39,837 nt of DNA, from the sequence record OR204651.1; one strand, written 5' to 3'. The stretch is from Escherichia phage pO103. A model generated the notes under the pieces. That model searched no databases, was not told the DNA's origin, and worked only from the letters and a program-made list of their open reading frames with translations. Both the position numbers and the translations under genes were made by a program. Shown piece by piece: positions 28,049 through 37,423 of the stretch; within the stretch, counting starts at the first letter, position 1; each line of letters starts with the position of its first letter.

Positions 28049-30325
28049 ATGAGTAAGTTAGCACAAGCATTGGGTGGCATGAACGCTCCGTCTACTAGTC
28101 GTCTGCGTGGCACTGGTCGTGTGGAAGTGAAGGCTGCAACCGTCTATGAAGACCCTAAGTATGCCGAGAAGTCTAAGCTGATTGGCACTGTAGGTAAACT
28201 TGCTGAGATGGGTGCGGATGCCTACATGAAGTATGACCAGCGCCAGAAGGACAAAGCAGACGAGCGCTCTAACGAGATTATTCGTAAGCTGACTCCAGAA
28301 CAGCGCCGTGAGGCCATTAAGAACGGAACCCTGTTATATCAGGATGACCCATACGCGATGGAAGCACTTAAGATTAAGACTGGTCGTAACGCTGCATACC
28401 TCGTAGATGACGAAGTGGCACAGAAGGTTAAGAACGGTGAGTTCCGCACTCGTCAGGAGTTGGAAGAGTTCCGTCACAGCCGACTGCAAGAAGCCGCTAA
28501 GAACTATGCGGAACAGTTCGGTATCGATGAGACTGATGAGTTCTATCAGAAGGGATTCAACTCCGACATCACCGAGCGTAACATTGCTCTCTATGGTGCA
28601 CATGATAACTTCCTTAGTGACCAAGCTAAGAAGGGCGCTGTAATCAATAGTCGCGTTGAGTTGAACTCTGTGTTGAACGACCCGGAAACCCTACGTTCTC
28701 CGTATGCTGGTGAGTTCTTTGAGAACTACTTCAGTGCTGGATTGACGACTGGTAGTATCCCTAGCGATGACCAAGCGTTCACCATGATTAGCCAAGGTCT
28801 TTCTGATGTGGTTAACCGTGAGGGCGGTGGTCAGTTCCTTCAACAGATTGAGAATCGTAAGGTAAAGCTGCATGGCAAGGAGACTACCTTCAAGGAACTG
28901 ATGGGTGCCGAACAGTGGAACAACTTGATGGTCAAGGCTCAACATAATGAGTTCCAGTTGAATGCCAAGAGGACCGAGGCGTTCCAACTCAATGTGAACT
29001 CTGCGTTGAACCAAGAGAATGTGAACACTGGTTGGGAACAGCTACAATCCATCAAGGCAGAACTGGATACACTGCAACCTGGCGAAGAGATGACACCTGA
29101 ACGTCAGGCTCTAATCAGCGCACAGACGCAGATGCAGGACCGCATGAAGCGAGAGACCGCTGAGTTAGCCAAGGAAATGGATAGGCAACAGAAGTCCATG
29201 AACAAGATGAAAGTCATCGACGCACAGTTCCAGAAGCGACTCAATGGTCAATACGTGTCTACCGCGTATAGCGATATGCCAACCAACGAGAACACTGGTG
29301 AGTTCACTCATAGTGACATGGTTAACTACGCTAACAAGAAGCTGGCTGACATTGATGCTATGAACATCACTGAAGCACAGAAGGACCGAATGAAGCTGGA
29401 CTACCTCAAGGCTGACTCCGAGAAGGGTGCTTTCCGTACTGCGGTTGGTGAACTGATTGGTGACGCTGAACAGGAATGGTCGAGTGCTGTGATTAATGGT
29501 AAGTTGCCAGAAGACCCTGTGGCTATCAATGCTCTGCGTCGTATGCGTAATGCTGACCCTGAACTGTTTGCTGCACTCTATCCGAACAACGCTGAGATGT
29601 TCTTAACGATGGACCAGATGGACAACCAAGGGTTAAACCCTCAGTTACTTCTGGATGCCGATAAATCACGTAAGAGTCTCACCAAAGAGATGCGATACGA
29701 GGACGATAAGGCGTGGCAGTCCACCATGAACAACTCAGAGTCTCCTGAGATTAAGTACATGCCAGCCTCATTACAGGCGAGTGCTCGTAAGATTTACGAC
29801 TCTGTGAAGTGGCGTACAGGTAACCCAGACGCTGCAATGCAACAGGTCGATAAGTATCTCAAAGAGAACACTACGACTTTCACTGCTGATGGCGTTGATG
29901 GTGATACCATTGGTGTCTTGACGATAAACTCTTTGCGTGTGACCGATGACCCGGACTCTTGGAAACAAGGTAAGGACATTATCGAAACAGCCGCTAAGAA
30001 ACTCGCTGAGACTAACCCTTGGGTGACTAACAAGCAACTCACTGTGTTCGAGCGTGGTGACTCTATCTACCTGATGGACACTACCGGACAGATTAACATT
30101 CGATACGACAAGCAGTTGCTCTCTAAGATGTACCAAGAGAACCAAGCGAAGCTGGACGAGGAAGCCCGTAACAAGGCACTCAAAGATGCCAACAAGCGAA
30201 CCCTACATACACGAGCTATGAACCGCAAGCGTGAACGTGAAGCTAAGAAGCCTAAACGCTCTGGCAGCATGTACGATAGCGTGAGTGGCAAGGGTATTCT
30301 GGATACGCTGACTGGTAAAGACTAA
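28049..30325 (+). CDS. 15: Gene 15 internal virion (core) protein C
   Basis: 758 aa, T7 gp15 position (T7 gp15 is 747 aa). Confidence 0.95.
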   Translation: MSKLAQALGGMNAPSTSRLRGTGRVEVKAATVYEDPKYAEKSKLIGTVGKLAEMGADAYMKYDQRQKDKADERSNEIIRKLTPEQRREAIKNGTLLYQDDPYAMEALKIKTGRNAAYLVDDEVAQKVKNGEFRTRQELEEFRHSRLQEAAKNYAEQFGIDETDEFYQKGFNSDITERNIALYGAHDNFLSDQAKKGAVINSRVELNSVLNDPETLRSPYAGEFFENYFSAGLTTGSIPSDDQAFTMISQGLSDVVNREGGGQFLQQIENRKVKLHGKETTFKELMGAEQWNNLMVKAQHNEFQLNAKRTEAFQLNVNSALNQENVNTGWEQLQSIKAELDTLQPGEEMTPERQALISAQTQMQDRMKRETAELAKEMDRQQKSMNKMKVIDAQFQKRLNGQYVSTAYSDMPTNENTGEFTHSDMVNYANKKLADIDAMNITEAQKDRMKLDYLKADSEKGAFRTAVGELIGDAEQEWSSAVINGKLPEDPVAINALRRMRNADPELFAALYPNNAEMFLTMDQMDNQGLNPQLLLDADKSRKSLTKEMRYEDDKAWQSTMNNSESPEIKYMPASLQASARKIYDSVKWRTGNPDAAMQQVDKYLKENTTTFTADGVDGDTIGVLTINSLRVTDDPDSWKQGKDIIETAAKKLAETNPWVTNKQLTVFERGDSIYLMDTTGQINIRYDKQLLSKMYQENQAKLDEEARNKALKDANKRTLHTRAMNRKREREAKKPKRSGSMYDSVSGKGILDTLTGKD

Positions 30326-30348
30326 CAGACCACGATAGGAGGTTCCAA

Positions 30349-33300
30349 GTGGATAAGTATAACCCGAACGAACCGCATGAATATGATGCGTTATTTCAAC
30401 AAGCTGCTGACACACATGGAGTCTCCTACGGCCTTCTTCGGAAGGTCGGTTGGGTAGAGTCCCGATTCAAACCTACGGCCCAATCACAAACAGGGCCACG
30501 AGGTGTCATGCAGTTCACTAAGGCAACTGGTCAGGCTTACGGCCTACAGTCTGATGAGGACTTCAACGACCCGGCTAAGTCTATTGATGCTGGTGCTCGT
30601 TACCTTGCAGACCTCGTTAAGAAGTACAATGGGGATGAACTGAAAGCTGCCCTTGCGTACAACCAAGGCGAGGGCCGAAACGGTAAGCCTCAACTGGAAG
30701 CCTACGACTCCGGTAACTTTGCTGGTATTGGTGATGAAGGACGTAACTATTTGCGCTCACTTCTGGATGTCGCTAAGTCTCCGAAGAGTGGTGACATTGA
30801 GTCATTTGGTGGTATCACCCCAAAGGGTAAAGGGATTCCGTTCGATGCTGCTATGAGTGGTATCGGGAAGAAAGGAAAGGTAACTACAGAACTCCCTGAG
30901 TCTCACTCAATGTCCTTTCAAGGTAAAGAACAGGCCGCTCCCAATCAGCCGTTCGGTAAAGACTATTGGGAAGCAAAAGGAACAACTCTTGACGAAGCCA
31001 ATGAGCGTTCAACCTTCTTCGGATTCGGTAGTGCTGCTGAAGCAGAACTCTCCAACTCAACCTTGGGCGTTGCCTTCCGTGCTGGTAAGCGTGACAATGG
31101 TTTTGATGTGCTCACTGATGTACTTCAACCGACACGGTTTAATAGCCACATTTGGTCGCCTGAAGAACTCGACAAGATTCGCAAAGAAGTGAAGAACCCT
31201 GCGTACATGAACGTTGTACTTGGTGGTTCCGCTGAGAACCTTGATGAGCTAATCAAGTTGGCTAACGAGAACTTCGAGGCTGACGCTAAGGCTGCTGAAG
31301 CTGGACTTGGTGCCAAGCTGTCTGCTGGCCTGATTGGTGCTGGTGTGGACCCGTTGACCTACGTCCCAATCGCAGGGACTACAGCCAAGGGATTCAAGCT
31401 GGTGAACAAGGCACTGATGGTTGGTGCTCAAGCTGGTGCACTCAACGTTGCCTCCGAGGGTCTGCGTACATCCGTTGCTGGTGGTGAGGCTCACTATGCT
31501 GAAGCTGCTCTTGCTGGTATGTTGCTTGCTGGTGGACTCACTGCGGTTGCTGATGGTGTTGCTGCTGGTCTCCGTAAGTCTGGTGCTGAGCAGGTTGAGA
31601 ACCCCTTTGCTGCTGCACAGATGCGCTTTGAGGCTCGTGAGACTGCACGTAACACTGGTGGATATGACGGAAGTCGTATGCCTCCTAGTGAAGACAGAGT
31701 GTTCTCACAGCACAACGGCGTTGAGTATGCTCCTCTCGAAACTGAACCGGGTGCGGTAGTCCTGAAGGATGGCTCAATCATTAGTGATACTAACTTGGCT
31801 AACCCAATGACTGCCAGAGAGTTCGCTGAAGTGGACCCTGAACGTGCTGCTTGGGGATTGCCTATGCGTGGACTAAGTGAAATTGGCTTGAAAACTCTAA
31901 GTTCAGAACACGCTGAAATCCGTGGTCTCGCTAAGGACTTAGTGCGCTCCCCTACAGGTATGGAGTCAGGCTCAAACGGTAAGTTTGGTTCTACTACATC
32001 GGACATCATAGAGAGACTGCGCAGTCTCAACCATCGAACCTACAATAACCTATATGGTGCAATGAAGGAAGCGATGGCTGACCCTGAGTGGTCTGTGGGC
32101 ATGTTCAAGAGTGGTGCTGAAGGTGCCCGTCAACAAATCTATCGTCGTATTAGTGAGGCTATCGAGAGACCTGAACTTCAGGCTAACTTGACCAAGGAAG
32201 AACGTAAGGTGATGGACATCGTGAAGGAACACTATGACCTCAAGCGTGAGATGATGGAGAACCCGTCGATGTTCGGTAACAAGGCCACCTCTATCTTCCC
32301 TAACAGTCGTCACAAAGGGACTTACGTTCCTCATGTGTACTCGCGGGAAGCCAAGCAGTTGTACTCACAGGTTCTTGGTGGCACTGATGGTTTACAGGAA
32401 GCAGTTGCCGCAAGTTTGATGGCATCATATCATGTACGTCCTGAAGTCAAGGCCCGTATTGATGAGTATCTACGTGAGATTCACGCTGATGAGTTCGAGA
32501 AGGCAACCAAAGGTGCACAAGCTGCTGCGGACGCTGAGAACTTCCTGAGAGGTGCTGAGGCTGCTCCGGTAATGCCTGACTCATTGGTGACTGGCGGTAA
32601 CTCAACTAGCATCACTAAGGTCTCTAACGGAGAACTCCAAGGTGATTACTTCGCTGGTAAGCGAGACTACTCTGGTGAGACTCCTTACAAGGTGGATGGT
32701 GATTTTGTCTATTATACAGCTAAGACCGCTGATGGCTCTGAGTTCGCGGTGGATGTGTTCACCAAAAAAGGTGACCACGTGGGTGGCGTGGAGTTTGCTA
32801 AACGTGAGGGCGATGTATGGCATAACCCAAGCCTTGAGGTGTCCGAGAAGTACCGCCGCAAAGGTATCGCTACAGAGATGTACCGCATTGCTGAGACCGA
32901 GAGTCCTGACTATGTGTATCGTGGTACAGACGAATCCGTTGGTGGCGTTCGTACCCCCGATGGTCAAGCATTCCGTAAAGCCTACGACTCCACCCCGGCT
33001 AAACCTTCAGAGCGCCAGAAGTTTGGCACAGGAGAGAAGGTGGAACCAAAGGTAGACGAAGAGGAAATGCTTATCCAGATGGCTGAGGAATACGCCATGA
33101 AAAAGGCATATGGTATTGCAAAGACCGATGAGTTCAACTCTTCAAGTGTCATTGACGATAACATTGAGGGTCTCGTAGGTATTGAGAACAACTCATTCCT
33201 TGAAGCCCGTAACCTATTCGATTCTGATGTACCAATCACTCTACCGAATGGACAACAGTTCTCTGTGAATGACCTCCGTGACTTCGATATGAAGCATGTT

Positions 33301-34860
33301 ATGCCAGCATATGACCGCCGTGTTGATGGTGATATTGCTATCATGGGAGGTACAGGCATGACTACTGCTGAACTCAAGGACGCTATTATGGCTCTTGATA
33401 AGAAGTCTGAAGGTAAAGGCACAATGAAAGGTGAAGTGGAAGCGCTTAAGGATTTCGTTAAGATTGTCACTGGTCGTGCTCGACGTAATCAGGATACTGT
33501 AGGTGACACTATGGTCCGTGCTCTGTCCGATATGTCCTTCTTTACGAAGAACGCATATATGGGCTTGCAGAACCTAACCGAAATCTCCGGTATGTTGCAG
33601 AAGGGTAATATCCGTGCGATGCTTCATGGCATTCCGGTACTGCGTGACTTAGCGTTCCGCAACAAGCCAGTCTCTGGTAGTGAACTCAAAGAACTCCACT
33701 CTATGGTGTTCGGTAAAGAGTTTGATGACTTAGTCCGACCGACTCGTCAAGACATCATTCAGCGACTCCGTGAGTCCACCGATACACCTGATGTTGCTGC
33801 AAAGGTTGTTGGGACCATTAAGCACACAACTCAAGAACTGGCGGCTCGCTCACCTCTGACCAAGTTCCTCAATGGTACGTCAAACTACCTTCTGGACATG
33901 GCCCGGCAGGGTGTGATGGGTGATGTGGTAACTCATGCTATTACTGGCAAGGGTGCCAACAAGTGGATTAAAGGTGACATGCTGAAGTCTGCGAGTATCT
34001 CTAAGGAACAGTGGGAGGGCATTCAGGCTCTCATCCGTGAGAACGTTACCCGTGGGGAAGATGGTAAGTTTACCTTCAAGGACAAGAAGGCTCTGGCTAA
34101 TGACCCTCGTGCTATGGACTTGTGGCGCTTGGCTGACAAGGTTGCTGATGAAACGATGCTTCGACCTCATAAGGTGTCCTTACAGGATTCCCATGCGTTC
34201 GGTGCACCTGCTAAGTTGGTCCTTCAGTTTAAGTCATTCGTAATCAAGTCGATGAACTCTAAGTTTATCCGCTCTGGTCACGAAGCCTTTAAGAACCATC
34301 GTGCTATGGACATGGCGCTGACCTATGCAATCTCTGGTGGTATCGCTGGCTCCTACTATGTGGCACAGGCCCACTTGAAGGCTGCTGGTCTTCCTAAAGA
34401 GCAACAGAATGACTACCTGAAGAAAGCTCTAGACCCGAAGATGATTGCCTACGCAGCGGCCTCCAGAAGTTCACACTTAGGGTCTCCGTTGAGTATCGCT
34501 AACTTCTTTATGGGTGCTGCTGGATACGACCAAGGTCTTATGGTTCGCTCTACGATTCTCCCTAAAGGAGAGGATAAGAAAGAACGGAACAAGGCGGTAA
34601 CTTCTCGTGACATGGGTGATTCCATTATGGGTGCTATTGGTGAACAGGTTCCTGCTCTTGGGTTCGCTGGTGCTACTTTCGCTGCTGGTCGAAATGCTTA
34701 TGGTGTCCTTACGGCTCCAAACAAAGTGACCGAGCGTGAGATGATGACTGGCTTAATGAACGCCCACAGAGAGATGATTCCTAACGACCCACTCTCCCAG
34801 CAAATGCTAATTAAGTTCTATGAGGCCAATGGTGTTCACCTTAAGTCTGACAAGAAGTAA
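30349..34860 (+). CDS. 16: Gene 16 internal virion protein D, N-terminal lytic transglycosylase domain; about 185 aa longer than T7 gp16; GTG start
   Basis: 1503 aa; N-terminus VDKYNPNEPHEYDALFQ with transglycosylase motif GWVESRF; GTG start 6 nt after AGGAGG; C-terminus matches T7 gp16. Confidence 0.95.
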   Translation: MDKYNPNEPHEYDALFQQAADTHGVSYGLLRKVGWVESRFKPTAQSQTGPRGVMQFTKATGQAYGLQSDEDFNDPAKSIDAGARYLADLVKKYNGDELKAALAYNQGEGRNGKPQLEAYDSGNFAGIGDEGRNYLRSLLDVAKSPKSGDIESFGGITPKGKGIPFDAAMSGIGKKGKVTTELPESHSMSFQGKEQAAPNQPFGKDYWEAKGTTLDEANERSTFFGFGSAAEAELSNSTLGVAFRAGKRDNGFDVLTDVLQPTRFNSHIWSPEELDKIRKEVKNPAYMNVVLGGSAENLDELIKLANENFEADAKAAEAGLGAKLSAGLIGAGVDPLTYVPIAGTTAKGFKLVNKALMVGAQAGALNVASEGLRTSVAGGEAHYAEAALAGMLLAGGLTAVADGVAAGLRKSGAEQVENPFAAAQMRFEARETARNTGGYDGSRMPPSEDRVFSQHNGVEYAPLETEPGAVVLKDGSIISDTNLANPMTAREFAEVDPERAAWGLPMRGLSEIGLKTLSSEHAEIRGLAKDLVRSPTGMESGSNGKFGSTTSDIIERLRSLNHRTYNNLYGAMKEAMADPEWSVGMFKSGAEGARQQIYRRISEAIERPELQANLTKEERKVMDIVKEHYDLKREMMENPSMFGNKATSIFPNSRHKGTYVPHVYSREAKQLYSQVLGGTDGLQEAVAASLMASYHVRPEVKARIDEYLREIHADEFEKATKGAQAAADAENFLRGAEAAPVMPDSLVTGGNSTSITKVSNGELQGDYFAGKRDYSGETPYKVDGDFVYYTAKTADGSEFAVDVFTKKGDHVGGVEFAKREGDVWHNPSLEVSEKYRRKGIATEMYRIAETESPDYVYRGTDESVGGVRTPDGQAFRKAYDSTPAKPSERQKFGTGEKVEPKVDEEEMLIQMAEEYAMKKAYGIAKTDEFNSSSVIDDNIEGLVGIENNSFLEARNLFDSDVPITLPNGQQFSVNDLRDFDMKHVMPAYDRRVDGDIAIMGGTGMTTAELKDAIMALDKKSEGKGTMKGEVEALKDFVKIVTGRARRNQDTVGDTMVRALSDMSFFTKNAYMGLQNLTEISGMLQKGNIRAMLHGIPVLRDLAFRNKPVSGSELKELHSMVFGKEFDDLVRPTRQDIIQRLRESTDTPDVAAKVVGTIKHTTQELAARSPLTKFLNGTSNYLLDMARQGVMGDVVTHAITGKGANKWIKGDMLKSASISKEQWEGIQALIRENVTRGEDGKFTFKDKKALANDPRAMDLWRLADKVADETMLRPHKVSLQDSHAFGAPAKLVLQFKSFVIKSMNSKFIRSGHEAFKNHRAMDMALTYAISGGIAGSYYVAQAHLKAAGLPKEQQNDYLKKALDPKMIAYAAASRSSHLGSPLSIANFFMGAAGYDQGLMVRSTILPKGEDKKERNKAVTSRDMGDSIMGAIGEQVPALGFAGATFAAGRNAYGVLTAPNKVTEREMMTGLMNAHREMIPNDPLSQQMLIKFYEANGVHLKSDKK

Positions 34861-34861
34861 T

Positions 34862-34884
34862 CAATACGACTCACTATTGGGAAG
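34862..34884 (+). promoter_or_regulatory. Phage promoter phi17 (CAATACGACTCACTATTGGGAAG)
   Basis: Consensus match; 5-prime hairpin GGGAAG...CTTCCC. Confidence 0.8.
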
Positions 34885-34929
34885 GCTAACACAGCTTCCC
34901 TTTATTATACCCAACTAAGGAGGTACATT

Positions 34930-36399
34930 ATGGCTCTTAATATTCGTACCGTAATGACTTACCCACTTACTGGCGCGGTAGATTTTCCTATCACGTTTGA
35001 GTATCTGGCCCGTAAGTTTGTCACGGTGACTCTCATTGGTAAAGACCGTAAAGAACTGGTTCTAAATCAGGACTTCAGGTTCACCACTAAGACTCAAATC
35101 ACAACTACTCGTGCATGGACTGCTGCTGATGGCTACCAGCTTATCGAGATTCGTCGCTTCACCTCTGCGACTGAACGTCTGGTTGACTTTGCTGATGGCT
35201 CTATCCTTCGTGCATTCGACTTGAACATTTCTCAGATTCAAACACTGCATGTTGCAGAAGAAGCCCGTGACTTAACAGCGGATACAATTGGTGTAAACAA
35301 CGATGGCAACCTAGATGCCCGTGGTCGCCGTATCGTGAACCTAGCGAACGCTGTGGATGATGGTGATGCTCTTTCATTTGGTCAAGTTAAGACCATGAAC
35401 CAGAACTCATGGCAAGCACGCAATGAATCCTTACAGTTCCGCAATGAGGCTGAGACCTTCCGTAACCAAGCGGAGGGCTTTAAGAATGAGTCCGGAACTA
35501 ACGCTACGAATACCTATAAGTGGCGTAATGAGGCTGAGGGGTTCCGTGATGAGGCCGAACAGTTCAAGAACACTGCGACACAACAGGCTACCGATGCTGG
35601 TAACTCTGCGGCTGCTGCTCACCAATCCGAGGTGAACGCTGAGAACTCAGCTACCGCTTCCGCTAACTCTGCTACCTTGGCAGAACAGCAGGCAGACCGT
35701 GCGGAACGTGAAGCAGACAAGTTGGGTAACTGGAATGCTCTTGCAGGGACGATACAAGATGTTTCTGGAGAGGATGTTACTTGGAGAGGAATACAGACAG
35801 CAAAGGGGTTCCAATTGATTGAGGGTGCTAATAAACCATCGTACATAGTTGGACGGGCGGATAACAGTAACTCTTGGTACGTCGGTAAGGGCACTGCAGG
35901 TTCTCCAGAGGTGGCCTTACACAGTTATGACCTCGACACCTCAATTCTCTTAAAAAGTGACCACATTGTATTAAACAAACCGCTAAATGTGAATGGGGAG
36001 GTTAGGACCCTGAACTCCGCATTACAAAACGACGGTGATATACGAGGCGGCAGATGGGGGGGTACACTAGGTGATACCATTCAAAGAAATCGTGTGAATT
36101 ATCAAAGGGTCTTTTCGGGTACGTGGTTGCAAGGTCAAACAGTTACATTCACAGATGCGCCAATAGGACGACAATTCATTATGATAGGAGTCAATACAGG
36201 AGCAGCCATAGAGTATGTATCAGCATGTACGCCAGTCGCTGGGGAAACATTCTGGGTAAATATCGGGAACTGGAGCTACAAAATAGGCACTTCACAGGAT
36301 GGTTGGGGGGCCGTTATACACGCATCACAGGATATCCATGGCGGAGTCCCTGGCGCAATTGCGGAGGTCTACGTTATCAGGACTGATTTAGATAAATAG
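34930..36399 (+). CDS. 17: Gene 17 tail fiber protein; conserved N-terminal domain, divergent C-terminal receptor-binding region
   Basis: 489 aa; first ~270 aa match T7 gp17 (FEYLARKFV, MNQNSWQARNE.LQFRNEAETFRNQAEGFKNES); remainder unlike T7. Confidence 0.95.
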   Translation: MALNIRTVMTYPLTGAVDFPITFEYLARKFVTVTLIGKDRKELVLNQDFRFTTKTQITTTRAWTAADGYQLIEIRRFTSATERLVDFADGSILRAFDLNISQIQTLHVAEEARDLTADTIGVNNDGNLDARGRRIVNLANAVDDGDALSFGQVKTMNQNSWQARNESLQFRNEAETFRNQAEGFKNESGTNATNTYKWRNEAEGFRDEAEQFKNTATQQATDAGNSAAAAHQSEVNAENSATASANSATLAEQQADRAEREADKLGNWNALAGTIQDVSGEDVTWRGIQTAKGFQLIEGANKPSYIVGRADNSNSWYVGKGTAGSPEVALHSYDLDTSILLKSDHIVLNKPLNVNGEVRTLNSALQNDGDIRGGRWGGTLGDTIQRNRVNYQRVFSGTWLQGQTVTFTDAPIGRQFIMIGVNTGAAIEYVSACTPVAGETFWVNIGNWSYKIGTSQDGWGAVIHASQDIHGGVPGAIAEVYVIRTDLDK

Positions 36400-36412
36400 C
36401 ACAGGAGGTCGT

Positions 36413-36619
36413 ATGTTATCTCTAGATTTTAACAATGAGTTAGTCAAGGCTGCACCAATTGCTGGTGTGGCTGGAGCGGATGGTGTGGCTCGTCTCTTTT
36501 GGGGACTGTCACTTAACGAGTGGTTCTACGTAGCCGCAATTGCCTACACAGTGGCTCAAATTGGTGCCAAGGTAGTCGATGTGATTATCAAATGGAAGAA
36601 GGAGGGTAAAGATGTCTGA
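36413..36619 (+). CDS. 17.5: Gene 17.5 holin
   Basis: 68 aa; MLSLDFNNEL.KAAPI...GLSLNEWFYVAAIAYTV.QIGAKVVD matches T7 holin. Confidence 0.9.
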   Translation: MLSLDFNNELVKAAPIAGVAGADGVARLFWGLSLNEWFYVAAIAYTVAQIGAKVVDVIIKWKKEGKDV

Positions 36620-36878
36620 TAAGTCCTTAATTCAATTTCTTGAGATGCTGGACACTGAGATGGCTCAACGTATGCTGAAAGACCTTCAGGATGACGATAA
36701 GCGCACACCTCAACTGTACAACGCTATCGGGAAACTATTAGAGCGCCATAAGTTCCAAGTCTCCAAGTTACAGCCAGACCGTAACATCCTTGGTGGACTG
36801 GCAGATGGACTAGAAGAGTACCAGAACCTAGTGGGCGCTGACGGTCTCACTGAAGATGAGAAGTACACACTGAACTGA
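36612..36878 (+). CDS. 18: Gene 18 terminase small subunit
   Basis: 88 aa; KSLI.FLEMLDT.MAQRML matches T7 gp18. Confidence 0.9.
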   Translation: MSDKSLIQFLEMLDTEMAQRMLKDLQDDDKRTPQLYNAIGKLLERHKFQVSKLQPDRNILGGLADGLEEYQNLVGADGLTEDEKYTLN

Positions 36879-36928
36879 TAGAATAACTCAAGGCCACTAC
36901 ATCTAGTGGTCTTTATGATATTTTATCA
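36876..36928 (+). promoter_or_regulatory. RNase III site R18.5-like (AATAACTCAAGGCCACTACATCTAGTGGTCTTTATGATATTTTATCAC)
   Basis: Conserved arms and hairpin. Confidence 0.6.
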
Positions 36929-36976
36929 CAACTCGCGGTAACGCACGTTGAAATCTGAAAATATGGGAGGGTAGTT

Positions 36977-37423
36977 ATGCTCAAGAATTTAAAGAGCTAC
37001 GCCATAATCGCTGCGTTTGCCTTGGGAATTACCCTTGCGTATAACCACGGATATGACAAAGCTAACACTAAATGGGAACAGGAGGTGCACAATGAGTACG
37101 TTAAGAAAGTTAAGGCGACTGAGGATAAACAAGTTGCTATCAACGAAATCTCACGACAATACCAAGAAGACCTTGCGGCGCTGGAGGGCAGCACTGATAG
37201 GGTCATTAATGATTTGCGTAACGATGATAAGCGCTTGCGCGTCAAACTATCAGCCACCACACGAGAACTCCAAGATAACGGTGGATGCCTCGTTGATGGT
37301 CGAGCCGAACTTGACGAAGAGTTTAGTAAGCGTCTTATCGGAGTAACTCAAAGAGGGGATGCGTGGATTCGTGCGCTCCAAGATACAATCAAAGAAATGC
37401 AAACTAAGAAGGAGGCTAAGTAA
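36977..37423 (+). CDS. 18.5: Gene 18.5 i-spanin (Rz-like)
   Basis: 148 aa, N-terminal TM segment, coiled-coil-like body. Confidence 0.85.
   Translation: MLKNLKSYAIIAAFALGITLAYNHGYDKANTKWEQEVHNEYVKKVKATEDKQVAINEISRQYQEDLAALEGSTDRVINDLRNDDKRLRVKLSATTRELQDNGGCLVDGRAELDEEFSKRLIGVTQRGDAWIRALQDTIKEMQTKKEAK
37092..37346 (+). CDS. 18.7: Gene 18.7 o-spanin (Rz1-like lipoprotein) embedded in the +1 frame of 18.5
   Basis: 84 aa from [11 protein letters not shown]; lipobox-like MISAC; C-terminus SLMVEPNLT matches T7 gp18.7; GGAGGTG RBS. Confidence 0.8.
   Translation: MSTLRKLRRLRINKLLSTKSHDNTKKTLRRWRAALIGSLMICVTMISACASNYQPPHENSKITVDASLMVEPNLTKSLVSVLSE

Noticed and set aside
31494-32030. Minus-strand ORFs antisense to gene 16 (also 32982..33470 and others)
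   Set aside because: Antisense to a large conserved gene, with repetitive low-complexity translations.
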